DNA of 59,712 nt, filler included, from Dugesia japonica (taxonomy: Eukaryota), in assembly GCA_001938525.1 (NCBI GenBank). It is 6 parts of 6 records of this genome, joined end to end, with 100 filler letters (N's around TTAATTAATTAA, not from the genome) between each part and the next. Parts side by side here need not be neighbours in the genome. Positions count along the whole stretch, not along the records: positions 9,257 to 17,572 come from MQRL01530190.1; positions 17,673 to 25,899 come from MQRL01528384.1; 4 more parts are not named here. One strand, 5' to 3'. The position numbers and the translations under genes are program-made. Under the pieces are notes generated by a model that made no database searches, had not been told where the DNA came from, and worked only from the letters and a program-made list of their open reading frames with translations. This document shows positions 12,629 to 24,336 of this stretch, piece after piece (within the stretch, counting starts at the first letter, position 1; every line of letters begins with the position of its first letter).

Positions 12629-13343
12629 TGTAATCGTTTTCCTATATAAATAAACAAACAATAACCTTTTAATATTTATTTTTGGTGTATATAAATATAA
12701 GTCTTTTAGCTATAATTCCTATACGCAGAAATTTAATTTAACAGAGGACCGCTGCCCGAAGAGGTTAGAGTCTCTGAAAATAAATGACTGCTGATCTACT
12801 AAAACTAATCAGTATTTATACTGATTTTACATTAGTAAGTTTGATACACCCACTATTACATTTACAAGATTTTCTTCATTTTATCAAAATCAAAAATTAT
12901 TGGTGCACAAAATTCATTTCATCAAAATAAAAATAAGATTATTGTTCATCGAAAATATAAAATGAAATTATTGATGCATATTATTTACACTATAAAATAA
13001 AACTATTGACGCATATTATTTACAAGATCAATAGTAAAAATAGTTCACATATCAAGTCTAGAATTATTGTTCATCAAAATAAAAAAATAAAATTACTGAT
13101 GCATAACTATTTGCAAGATGAATATTTTAAAAATAACAAAAAATAAAAATTAATTCACATATCAAGTTTTCAAGTTTTTTATGCACAGAAATATTGATCT
13201 TTTTAAATGTCTAATAATTGAATTTATTGAGGATTGATTGGATTTTCTCGAATGTTGGACTGAATCTGGTGATTGAGATGTATGATGCTATGTTTGCATG
13301 TTGTGTTTTTTATGTTAGTAATTCTCAACGGTGATTCTCAACA
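12629..13343 (-). mobile_element. Putative 3' LTR
   Basis: Minus strand reads TGTTG...TTACA with internal TATAAATA and AATAAA; purine tract AAGGGGG lies 6 nt upstream; no partner LTR in the window. Confidence 0.5.
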
Positions 13344-13380
13344 AATGTACCCCCTTACAAAAAGATGCTCCGTCATCTTT

Positions 13381-14511
13381 CTATATTCTAAAATAGGGAC
13401 ATGAAATATCATGATATGGTGAGGGTGTCATGTCAGTGCAGGTCATATTGAAGATGCAGGGTGCAAAGTCAAAATTGTCGGAACGCCTAGGAGGGGTTAT
13501 GGATGGTTCTCTAGAAAAGATGTTCTTTGATGTAACAGGTCTACTCAGTATCCTTGCTGGTTGTCCTTTTCTAGATTTGCTATCTTCCGCAATTGACTGT
13601 TGCCGTCTTTCTTCTACAAACGTTTGGGCTGTTACTTGTTTCGTATGAATCTGTAGATGACTAAGGGGTCCAAGTTGTTTTGGAGTGGATACCGTGTTAA
13701 TTGTAATGGATAGGATTTGGATTGTCATACCATCGGGTAAGAATGTAAAACGGGTGTTAGTGTGGAGGGCTTTGTCTATTGTGATGGTGCGTATGTTGTT
13801 TATGTATCCTCCTACTTGAAACGGAATATCTACTGATGTGTGTTGTAATAGAACTGCCGTTTGTTCGATATCTAAGAATGTCTTGTGGTATTTCGCTGTT
13901 TGGTACACGAAATTATAATTTGGCATGTTGACACCATAGGCAATAAGGTTATATTTGTCTGGGTTTTTCATCTGATCTGGAAATTTTTCGGTAAATTCGA
14001 ATTTATCTATAATCTTAATTTCATTCGAAAAATGGGCTCTCTCGGATTTTAATAACGTAATGAGTCTGCTTTTTTGCTTCGCTGGGAGTGTGCCATAACT
14101 TATTGTGCGAATGTCGTTGTTAATTTGTTTGACTGATATGGCATCACGTTGTATACATATTGTAGAATATTCACTGATGGGGTCAACTATATCTGGATTG
14201 TCCACCCTTTGTAATATGGGTGTGAGATGGGCAAATCTAATGTTGTTATTCTGCGGCATCTTAATTAGCAATGTAAATGGTACGAATTGACCTATTTCTG
14301 GGCTTTTCTGGTTTTGGAATTCGTTACGTACGAGATTGTGTCTGTGGATCCTATAAGATCTACATAAAGGGCATGGTAAAGTACCAGAGAAGGTAGTATC
14401 AAAGTATTGAATAATACACCAAAAGCAAAAATAATGGTCACATTGTGCTATTCTAGGCAAGATAGAATATGTATGACTTATTAGATTATATCCTAAATCA
14501 TATCCAATCAA
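13381..14511 (-). CDS. Intronless RNF10/MAG2-like RING finger protein (first CxxC missing)
   Basis: PRIAQCDHYFCFWCIIQY...CPLC plus downstream FVYQ...TFL...RFTFLP, resembling the RNF10/Mag2 conserved region; 376 open codons. Confidence 0.65.
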   Translation of the reverse strand: MIGYDLGYNLISHTYSILPRIAQCDHYFCFWCIIQYFDTTFSGTLPCPLCRSYRIHRHNLVRNEFQNQKSPEIGQFVPFTLLIKMPQNNNIRFAHLTPILQRVDNPDIVDPISEYSTICIQRDAISVKQINNDIRTISYGTLPAKQKSRLITLLKSERAHFSNEIKIIDKFEFTEKFPDQMKNPDKYNLIAYGVNMPNYNFVYQTAKYHKTFLDIEQTAVLLQHTSVDIPFQVGGYINNIRTITIDKALHTNTRFTFLPDGMTIQILSITINTVSTPKQLGPLSHLQIHTKQVTAQTFVEERRQQSIAEDSKSRKGQPARILSRPVTSKNIFSREPSITPPRRSDNFDFAPCIFNMTCTDMTPSPYHDISCPYFRI

Positions 14512-14513
14512 AA

Positions 14514-15629
14514 TTATCCATATATTAGTTGACGGGCCTTTAATATAATGGTATATGCATCTTTATACACAAGTATTTTCTCTTGATTGCATCCAGTTCT
14601 TTCAACATCAAAATGTCTAATTCGTTCTCTGGGACATAATTTTTCATTCAATATGATCTCTCCCGAATTATTCATGATTGTGATTTCCACATCTTGTGGA
14701 TTAAAATATACATCTTTGACAGATTTTATATTAACATATATGCTTAGTTGTTCAATATCGTCAGTTGTCACTGTGTTGTATTTAACAAATGAAGTTAGAT
14801 TCACTGCGTCAATAAATCAAACATCACAGTGGCTCTTGAGTGTTGTGAACGTTGGAAATGGAATAGGAATAATATCGTGATATATTAATTCCACCGCTAG
14901 TACTGCTGGTACATCAAGTATTGCTACTTTTATGTTGTTGCATTCGTTTGTAATGACTTCATCTACAACTAGAGAACTATTTTTTTGGATTGTTATTTCT
15001 TGCTTTTGATGAGTAAATTTAATAGGGGTTTTGTAACGTGCATTCTAATTGTTCTAAGAACCCTTTTCTTCTGGATTAAAGCAACTTCTTGATCTTTATA
15101 TATTTTAAAATATCCTATTAGCTGTTGCAGTTGATATCGTTGTGCTTTCTGGAACCTGATCATTACTATATCTTTATCCAATGTATTGTTTTTTAAAGTA
15201 TTATGGATTTTAGTTACACCATTGAACACTTCTATTCTAGGTTCCATATCTTTATGGGAGAAAATAAAATTCTGAATATTCTCATAGAAAATAGGCATAT
15301 TCTTTGTAATAAAGGTTGAGCATGAGGGCAGATTTGTTGTTCCATTATCTGTTTGTGTTTTTTATTTGTGTTATGTTGTTGGAATTTATTTTGACTTCTA
15401 CATTGTTCGATCTGTTGCTTGTCTGTATGTCTGTAGGTATTGTTTGTTTCCGCATGCTTGTGTATAGTATTTGATGAGTTTCAAGTTGTCTATTGTTTAT
15501 GTATTTTTGTGTTGGCTTGTTGGATTTATATTGTCGAATTTGTATCACTGTTGAATTTGTTGTAGTATCTAGAATAATTATATGATTAATGGATGATTTT
15601 ATGGACTGGCTAGTCCTATATACTGCCAC
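14514..15629 (-). pseudogene. Frameshifted upstream part of the same long ORF, ending in a REX4/ISG20-like DEDDh exonuclease remnant
   Basis: IYVNIKSV...EITIMNNSGEIILNEKLCPRERIRHFDVERTGC...LIYG[fs]ILIGYDL parallels ALDCEMV...RVSIVNxxGxxxxDxxVxPxxxVxDYRTxxSGI...ILVGH. Confidence 0.55.
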
Positions 15630-16160
15630 ATGTATTAGTACCTTATTATATAAATAAATATATGTAAAAAATAATATAAACCCTCAATATTTTTTGACAG
15701 TTTGACATAGGGTGTTCAGACCAATGTCAATTGGATATAGTTTGGAATTTGTGGGGCATTGCGACACCGATAACGCTGCCTCTTTTACCTATATCGCTTA
15801 TGCATTTGGATTAAGGTGACTATGAAAACGAGGAGGAAGAGTAATGCAATCATTCCCAGTATTGAAAAAAGGTGATATAATATTTTATGTAAAATGGTTT
15901 TATTGTTATTGTAATCCACATTTGTAGAATTTGCTGTCGTAATTGTTGGTAATTTAATTTCGTTGTGTCATTCCATTTCTTTTTAAATCCCTTCAAATTC
16001 TTGTCTGTATTCACATTTGTCATCCTTTTTGTTGTAGTACTAGTATATACTAATGTGTTATGATGAACAGTTGTTTCTATTTGTGATTTGGTTATACGCA
16101 ACTTTTTTTGTTTTGTGGGAGTAGTTACTAATCGCATTTGTGATTTTGTTCGTCTGGTAG

Positions 16161-16444
16161 TGTAGTAAATATATGTTGTTCTAATGACCCGGTTCCGTTT
16201 TTCCGGTAATATATCCAGAGAATGTAGACGTATCGGAGAATATGTATAAATACTGTTGAGATTTTCATAAAAATCAATAATAATATTGATAATTTCAGCT
16301 AATAGAAAGCGAGTAAAATAATTATTATTTCTATTTGCCTATATTTATTAAAATCAGTCATCTGTATTAATACTGAAATAAACTATGTCTACAAGTAGTA
16401 GTTCTGATTTGAAAATAAATTATCATTTGAAGATTCACCTAACA
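16161..16444 (+). mobile_element. Gypsy 5' LTR with PBS
   Basis: TGTAG...TAACA with TATAAAT near 16244 and AATAAA; PBS TGGTGACAGAG at 16445. Confidence 0.65.
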
Positions 16445-16896
16445 TGGTGACAGAGGTAAATACTGATTCTATTACATATAAATTATTACCAAATGTGTTT
16501 TTTAAAGGAAATGATATTGAAGAATTTATAAAGCGTTGCGGATTGTATTTTGAGGCTAAAAACATTATCCAGATGAAACAACAGGGGAGATTAGTCTCTT
16601 GTTTGTTAGATGATGATTTGTTGAAAGAAAATGTGGAGACGTTGAAAAAGGTTCATGGGTTTCAGGCTCGTTCACGTTGGGCATTTGAGAAAGAGAAAGA
16701 TGTTATCAAAGATTTTCAAAATTTGATTAATTACAGGCGTGGAAATGAAAAGAATCAAATATTTTTCAAAAATTTAAAGAATTTAGTAAAAATCTTATTT
16801 ACAAATAAATATTTTACTGAGAACAAGATGATAGTAAAGATGCTAGTATATTGTTCAGGCTTTATTTACTGGAATATAATTTGGAGATTTATCTAA
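16444..16896 (+). pseudogene. Gypsy gag N-terminal fragment
   Basis: LPNVFFKGNDIEEFIKRCGLYFEAKNI starts at the PBS. Confidence 0.65.
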
Positions 16897-17036
16897 CGCA
16901 TAAAAACCTAGCCATGCCGATTTAAGCCACTTTTATGCAATCCGATCAATCTGAATTGTACTATTAAAATAAAAATCATTAAAATAATAGCACTCACTTC
17001 ATAACATGTACAGGGTATACAACATATTAATTAAAC

Positions 17037-17572
17037 TTATACTGTCCCGTTGGCTTTAATCTGAATTTCCTTTTTAAATACTCCATAAATTATAAAATAT
17101 GCTGATGTTATTAAAGCTTTGACAAACATGATATCCCATCTCAAATTTCCTTGTTGAGGTAATTGACTCTGATTTATAACAAGAACAAATCTAAAGAAGG
17201 AGTTATTATCCTTAAAATCGCTTAATGCTACTTCACAATTATATTTTTATCCAAATATCCAATATTACTTACTATAGATTGCACATGTCATTGCTGTAAG
17301 ACAGATATTCTTACTGAGACCATTATACTTTATTATAGTTACAATTAATGCTTTGTGAAGATAGGTTTCATTTTCACCATCAATTTTGAAATTGTTAAAC
17401 AAAGGAATTACATCCTTAAAATGTATATGCAACATATAGTTACTAGGAACAGAATCATGAGTGTCAGCCATATTTTTACCGGTCTTATCAACTACATTCA
17501 CTTTAATATACAATAAAGTATCATTCAAATCTAAATATTCTGTTTGAGATTCATTTATAAAAAGATTATACG
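17037..17572 (-). pseudogene. Internally deleted Polinton major capsid protein
   Basis: EYLDLNDTLLYIKV...PSNYMLH...YLHKALIVTIIKY joined to QQGNLRWDIMF...IIYGVFKKEIQI. Confidence 0.75.
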
Positions 17573-17672
17573 NNNNNNNNNNNNNNNNNNNNNNNNNNNN
17601 NNNNNNNNNNNNNNNNTTAATTAATTAANNNNNNNNNNNNNNNNNNNNNNNNNNNNNNNNNNNNNNNNNNNN

Positions 17673-17790
17673 CCGCCTATTTACATTAGAAAAATTTAAA
17701 AACAGTTATGTCATAATCCGATTACGTATAGGGGGCGAGGGGGGTTCGTCTGAATGTGTGCGTGGTGCTTCCCGCCACTATCCATCTACT
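17673..17790 (-). mobile_element. Polinton-like terminus
   Basis: End reads AGTAGATGGATAGTGGCGG (minus); homologous to 2798-2910. Confidence 0.65.
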
Positions 17791-18058
17791 CATGTATTAA
17801 AAATAAAATTATAATGATGATAGAAAAGGAGAAATTAAAACAAATAACTATATTAAAATATTATCATATTTTAAAGAGAAATTATAGGGAAAAAATCAGA
17901 ATAAATCATCATAATCATTATAAATAAGAAAATAATCGTTTATTAGTCAGGTTTAAGTACAAGAATTATATTATTATTATAATTTTATAAAAAATATAAA
18001 AATGTAAAATTATTATTATCGATAAATATAATTAAAATTATTATTATTCAAAAAATAT

Positions 18059-18425
18059 TATTATTTATAATGAACCCGGAGGAATTATAACAATAAAATT
18101 ATATGTAGAAGAACATCTGATGATTTTGTGCAAGAATTCAGTATTGATATTTTCATATTTGTATGTGATTATGTGGTTATCTTTATTTATTAAATTCTTA
18201 CAAGTTTTAGAAAATTATTATTTTTTAAGAAATATTTATTTATTTATAATGAACAAGAAGGAATTATGACAGAAAATTTAGATGTAGACGAATGTCTGAT
18301 GATTTTACGTAAGAATTTAGTATTGATATGTTTATATTTGCATGTGATTGTGGAGTTATTGCTATTTCTAAAACACTTACAAGTTTCAGAAATTTATTAC
18401 TTATTAAGAAAAATATTATTTTTTT
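18059..18425. repeat. Diverged ~180-bp tandem duplication
   Basis: tttataatgaac...tctgatgatttt...agtattgatat...cttacaagttt occurs twice. Confidence 0.8.
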
Positions 18426-18943
18426 AAGCCTCTCCACTTGAGAAAAACATATAGGAAATCTGTGAGCACATAATCCGCAACAGAATTAACAAAAAATAAA
18501 AATAATCACGCCAATATTTGGACATCTATGTGGAAGCTACGTGTGAAGAGCGTACGATTTCTTACATTATTAGAAATCTGAAGTGGAGGCCAACCGTATC
18601 TGTCAAAATTTTACGATACAGTGAGGTATAAAAGGAAATCAAAATCATTAGATAAAAACTCTTAAAAATTTCCATTAAACGCCCTTAACTGTAGTAAATA
18701 GGGAATGAAGGATCTAGATCAGGGGGTAGAAAAAAGAAAAAAAACATTTTCCAATTTTTTATTTTTTCATTTTTTATCCTATTTTAGATAAAAAATGAAA
18801 AATTTTCTATTTTAAATGAAGCATAAAAAATGAAAAATTTTCAATTTTAAATGAAGCATAAAAAATGAAAAATCGGGCTTGAAAAATTTTCGATTTTTAA
18901 TCGATCTTGAAAAAAAATCGACTATGAAATTTTTCATTTATAA

Positions 18944-19202
18944 AATGGAATGTAAAAAATGTAATCGCGCATTTTCAAATAAATGGGAATTAGCTCGTCA
19001 TGACATTGTATCTAAATGTGCAAAACCTGAAGATGTAGATTTATACTGCCCCGCGTGCGACATTAATTTTAAAAATCAATTTTCAGCCAAACTTCATTAT
19101 GTTACTAATTTTCATATTTTCAATGTATTGGAAAAAACTAAACTAAAAATAAAATATTTAAACACCCCCGAAAAATATTTCGTTACAGAGTTGATGTTTT
19201 AA
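18944..19202 (+). CDS. Two-finger C2H2 zinc-finger protein of the Polinton
   Basis: CKKCNRAFSNKWELARH; CPACDINFKNQFSAKLHYVTNFH. Confidence 0.7.
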
Positions 19203-19702
19203 AATATTCCTTTATAAAATGGAGGGGGAAAAAGAGATGGGTTTAGAATTTGCATTTAAGGCATTTGATAACTTAACAGGTATAGATAACGTGACTTTAA
19301 ATGTACTTGAATCATATAGAAAAAATAAATTAACAGTGGGGATTGTAGATGCAAATTTAGAAGAGCTTAAAAAATAAAAAAAAATTTTCTGAAAAAACTA
19401 ATATAATTAAAAAAGAAAGGAAAATGTTAGGAAAATTACTAGATGGTTATCCCGCTATAACAATAGATGCAGAGTGTATGGGAGAGTTATTCTTCGACGC
19501 TTGGGCACAAACAAAAGTATTAAAATAAATTTACAAATCGAGCAGGACGAGCACAATGTCGCATTAAAAAAATTAAATGAAGAATTAAAACCAGGAAGGG
19601 TGGATTATAAAGCGTTTGGTTTTGATTCTGAACTGAGAATTAAAAAATGGAGAAAGCCAAAAGACTGTTCAGAATATAATAACGATTTTTAAGGTTTAGA
19701 AA

Positions 19703-20038
19703 ATGGAAGAAGATGAAATCGAGCTAGATGTTTTACTTGAGTTAATTAAATATTTAACCAATGAAAATATAAATATTATTAAAACTAAAGAATATAGAAA
19801 AAATAAATTAACAAAGGATAAAGTAGAAGAAAAATTAATTAGCCTTAATCAAATATATAAAAAAGTAGATGAAAAAAGAGAAGAAAAAGACAAGATGACA
19901 TTTAAATCATTAATTATTGTTTTCTTTTTACAAAATATAGAAATTGAATGTATGGATTTAATGGGTAATTTTAAAAAAAGAAAACCATCAATAATTAACT
20001 ATAAAGATGAGTTTTTCATTTACATTAAAAGAAGGTAG
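19703..20038 (+). CDS. Polinton hypothetical charged protein
   Basis: 111-aa ORF with AAAATG start context, co-oriented within the block. Confidence 0.35.
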   Translation: MEEDEIELDVLLELIKYLTNENINIIKTKEYRKNKLTKDKVEEKLISLNQIYKKVDEKREEKDKMTFKSLIIVFFLQNIEIECMDLMGNFKKRKPSIINYKDEFFIYIKRR

Positions 20039-20340
20039 AAAGCGACTTTCACAAAAAGAGATTATAAATTTTTATAATAATTTAGAAGGTAAAGAAAAAA
20101 TTACTTAAAAATTTAAACGTGTGAAAGTCCCAACAACATGCCCAGGAATAATTAGAGCAACAGCTAAAAAAATATTTATAAAAAATGGAGACTGTTTTAC
20201 ACAAAATGATGAAAAATTATAATTTTAAAAAAAATTCAATAAAATATTTTTGTAAGCTTAATTCATTTAATGAAAAAACAATAAAAACATAGATAATTAA
20301 ATTTAACATTCCCTATAATAAAAGAACAACAAAAAATTTA

Positions 20341-20565
20341 ATGGAAAGAGATTTAAATGGAAGATTTATTTCATTAGAAGATAAACTTGAAAAAAAATTG
20401 CATGGTAAAAGTAATGCTAATGGTAGGGCCAACCGTAATAGTGATGCTAATAGTGATGGTAATAGTGATGGTAATAATGATGGTAAATGTAATGGTAAAG
20501 GCAACAGTAATGGTAATTGTAAAAGAAAAAGACCGAGTCATGTAATGAATTTTTATAACAGTTAA
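20341..20565 (+). CDS. Small N/G/D-rich protein with RDxxGRF motif
   Basis: MERDLNGRF followed by 12-bp aatagtgatg(c/g)t repeats. Confidence 0.35.
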   Translation: MERDLNGRFISLEDKLEKKLHGKSNANGRANRNSDANSDGNSDGNNDGKCNGKGNSNGNCKRKRPSHVMNFYNS

Positions 20566-20709
20566 AAAAATTACTATAGAAATTGGAAGCAAAAATAAAT
20601 CTCGATAATATTATTATTTTTACTCATGAATTATTAAAAAATGATATTTTAAAAATTTCNNNNNNNNNNNNNNNNNNNNNNNNNNNNNNNNNNNNNNNNN
20701 NNNNNNNNN

Positions 20710-21855
20710 CATCTGGTTCAATAAATAATATGATGGGTGGAGGAGATATATTTTTTCAATCTTTACAATCCACCAATCCCTTAAATATTTGTAATGCAAT
20801 GTTATACTTTAAAATAGAAATAGAAAATGAAGCCGATAAAACAGCAGTCCTAGAAAATAATTTTTTTCTATCTTTATTTAAAACAATGAGATTAAGACTT
20901 GGATGATCCTGGTACAATATCAACAATGTTAAATTTTATTTCAACAAGTTATATTCATAGACAAATTTATGGAGAATTATCAGGATGAATTCTAAATGAA
21001 GACCGAAGAAAACAATTATATACAAGTAAAGGTTTTGAAAGTTATTTTCCATTGAGAATTTTATTTGGATTCATACAAAATTTTAACCGAGTTCTTTACA
21101 ATACAATGATTGAATTTTATTGCAATTAACAATTAGAAAATAAACTTTTATTTGAAGGAGAAGGCTCACCAAAAATAAAATTGCTAACATTAGAATTACA
21201 CATTACAGAATGTAGATTAACACCAAAAATGGAATTAATGCTTTAAGAAAGAATTTCAACAGACAAATCAATTAAAGTTGGATTTTTAAATCGAATAACA
21301 GGAAAAATGTCATTAGATTCTGGAAATTATTCTTCTTATAAAATAAGCAATCTTTCATATAAACCAAGAAATGTTTTTATAGTGATAAAAGATGAAAATA
21401 TTTCTTTTGCAAATAATAATAATTTATTTATTCAAAAGAAAACTAAAACCACAAAATTCGATGCAAAAGATGCAACAAAAAAAATTTATTTAAAAACTAT
21501 GCAAATTCGGTTAAATAATAATTACTATTCAATTAATGAATGTAAATTTTATATGACAAAGAATGAAATGATTTAACCTTATTTTAATTATATAAAATGT
21601 TGTCAAGACATTTTTACAGAACTACAATTATCTGTTCAAGAATTAGGTGAACTATATTCAATTTTCTGTTTTGATGTCACAGCTCAAGATGATAGATTAA
21701 ATATTAATAATGTTGATGTTACACTTCACTTAACAAAAGATCCAGATTTTACAGGAAATCTTTACTGGTGCATTCTTGAAGAAAAACATTGAAATGAAAC
21801 TTGCTAATAATAAAATTGCAATGGTTGAAAATGTGAGAGGTGTTGAATTTTTAAA
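20710..21855 (+). pseudogene. Polinton/adintovirus major capsid (hexon-like) protein, second type
   Basis: LENNFFLSLFKTMRL...PGTISTM...FPLRILFGF...KPRNVFI...IRLNNNYY...LYSIFCFDVTAQ, with stops and frameshifts. Confidence 0.75.
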
Positions 21856-21932
21856 TAAATGAAATGACCAAGTCAACAAAATTTACATGTGAAAAATGTA
21901 ATAGAACCCTTTAAAAAAATAAAGCTAGGCAT

Positions 21933-22354
21933 ATGAAACTTTGTAAAGGTGGCGGTGATCTTCAAAAATCAACTTTTGTTTTAAAACCAATTACTTGGGA
22001 AAAATATCCAGGCGAGCGACATTTATTCGGTCATAATTATACCGGTCCAGGAACTAGATTAGANNNNNNNNNNNNNNNNNNNNNNNNNNNNNNNNNNNNN
22101 NNNNNNNNNNNNNAGATATTAGACTCGATGAAAATAATAATCCATTACCAGGAGAAGAACCAGTTAATCGAATTGATGCAGCAGCACGGAAACACAACCT
22201 TGCTTATAATTCAGAAGATCTTAAAGATCGACATGTTGCAGATTTACATTTAATTCATGATATTAATTATATTGAAAATCCCACATTAGCAGAAAGATTT
22301 CAAGGGACTCTTGTAAAACTTGTAATAAAGGGACAATTAATGATAGGCCAATAG
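21933..22354 (+). CDS. Parvovirus-VP1u-type phospholipase A2 (PLA2X)
   Basis: GHNYTGPGT...PVNRIDAAARKHNLAY...RHVAD across a gap. Confidence 0.85.
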
Positions 22355-22363
22355 TCAGAATAA

Positions 22364-23128
22364 AGCCAGGAAGCAAACGAGCTTCATCATGAATGTAGAA
22401 AACCGAGAGAATTCTTAAAAGTAACAGTAAGTGAACCAGACGAAACATGGTCTGCAGATTTAACATTTCATAGAAAACGAGTAATACTAACAGTTATCGA
22501 TCTTTATTCAAGATTTGCTATTGTAGAACTTTGTAATAATAAAACCGGTTCGGTAGTTATTGAAGCATTTGAAAAAATTCTAAATGAAAATATTCGAGCA
22601 CCAAATAATTTATGGGTTGATAAGGGAAAAGAATTTTACAAAAAAACATTTACCACCTGGTGTGAAGAAAATAATATTAACCGGTATTCTACTTATAATC
22701 AAGGAAAGGCAGTTGTCATTGAAAGATTTAACAGAACACTTAAAAACAAACTCTTTAAACATTTTACTACTGTTGGAAATCAACAAATCACAGATGAGGT
22801 CTTACAAGAAATTGTAGATGATTACAACAACACAATTCATTCTTCAATTGGAACAACTCCAGCAGAAGCATACAAAACTAGTATAATAAAACAAGAAGTT
22901 CAAGAAGAAAAATATAAAAAACCAAATTTTAAAATAGGAGATCGAGTTAGAACATTTCTAATTAAAAAAACATTTGCAAAAGCATATAGATTTAAATGGT
23001 CTGTAAAAATTTATACAGTGACAAAAATTTATTTAACAATTCCACCAACTTATCAAATTACCAATTCTGACGGTGTAAAAGTTCTTGGAAGACTTTATGA
23101 GAATGAGTTACAAAAAACTTTTTTATGA
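22364..23128 (+). pseudogene. Polinton integrase, open frame lacking its start codon
   Basis: ELH...WSADL...VIDLYSRF...LWVDKGKEFY...IERFNRTLK...YNNTIHSSIGTTP...FKIGDRVR...YENELQ; 254 uninterrupted codons absent from the ORF track. Confidence 0.9.
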
Positions 23129-23136
23129 AAAAAGGA

Positions 23137-23882
23137 TGAGTAATTTAGTTTGGAAGAAAGACAAAATAATTTTTAATAATAAACTTTTCCGAAATAATTT
23201 TTGATTGTTGATAATTCGGTCTTCTGGTTGTGGAAAAAATGTTCTCTTGACACAAATGTTACTTACACCCGGTTTTCTTGATTATGACATTCTTATTTTT
23301 TACTCAACTACAATTAATCAATTTGAAGTACAATTATTATATAATGGATTTTTAAATGGTTTAACAAAACAAGAAATTTTGTTAATGTTTGAGAAGCAAG
23401 CGATATTTCCAAATTCCTTTGACACACCAACAGAAGTTTTAGATTTTTTTATTAAAAAAAATGAGTAATAAAAAGATCCCAAACAATAAAAATAATTCTA
23501 AGTAATAAATCAAGTGATATTACGAGAATTACAAAAGAATAAAAAGAATCTTGTAATTTTTGATGATGTTGTAAATGAAAAGCAAGAAATTCAAGAAAGT
23601 TATTTCACTCGAGGTCGTCATTCAAATTGTATTGTAATTTACATTTCACAAACATATTTTCACCTTGATAAAAATTCAATAAGAAATAACGCAAATTGTT
23701 TTATATTTTTTAGACTAAATAAAAAAGATTGTGACAGTGTTTATAGTGATTTATTTTCAAATGTATTTTCTGATAAAGATGAATATGATTATGAAGTAAA
23801 TTTTCATTGGAAAGAACCCTATACGTATTTTTATTTAAATCAATTAACAAATGAAATGACAACCGATCTTTTTGCTAAATAA
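23137..23882 (+). pseudogene. A32/FtsK-like genome packaging ATPase
   Basis: Degenerate Walker A (RSSGCGKN), Walker B LVIFDD, TRGRH, ISQTYF, IRNNAN. Confidence 0.9.
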
Positions 23883-23883
23883 A

Positions 23884-24297
23884 ATGACGAGTATAACAGA
23901 AGATGAATTAAAAAAATTATTAAATTCAAATCTTAGCAGATCGATTAAAATTGATAGTAAAAATTATTGGATAGGTAAAAAAGCAAAAGAAGAAATTAAA
24001 AAACATCAACAAAAAAAAGGAGGTTTTATTTTTCCTTTATTAGCTGCAATACCTGCAATAATTGGTGGTATTGGCGCAACTGTGGGTGCTGCAAGTGGAA
24101 TTGCATCCACCGTTGCAAATTCGCAAGACGCATATAAAAAGAAACTTGAAATTGAAAAGTTGAATAGAGAAAAAGAAGACCGAGAATATGAAATAGAAAA
24201 TATAAACGAACAACAGGGTGAGGCCATTTATAAATATTTAAAAAATCAAAATTTAAAACCATCGAAAGAATTAAAAAAGATGGGGGAATATATTTAA
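23884..24297 (+). CDS. Adenovirus pX-like membrane-active/core protein
   Basis: KKGG/FIFPLLAAIPAIIGGIGATVGAASGIASTV. Confidence 0.7.
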   Translation: MTSITEDELKKLLNSNLSRSIKIDSKNYWIGKKAKEEIKKHQQKKGGFIFPLLAAIPAIIGGIGATVGAASGIASTVANSQDAYKKKLEIEKLNREKEDREYEIENINEQQGEAIYKYLKNQNLKPSKELKKMGEYI

Positions 24298-24336
24298 GAC
24301 CTTATAGCAATGGAATATATTTAAAACCTTTTTAAA

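Noticed and set aside
8300-17790. One complete Polinton bounded by the inverted termini at 8300 and 17790
   Set aside because: Two artificial joins lie between them, the subterminal sequences differ, and the flanks (TTCTTG versus CATGTA) give no TSD.
22584-22817. 77-aa ORF in the track
   Set aside because: Shadow frame of the integrase, which is encoded in another frame at 22364-23128.
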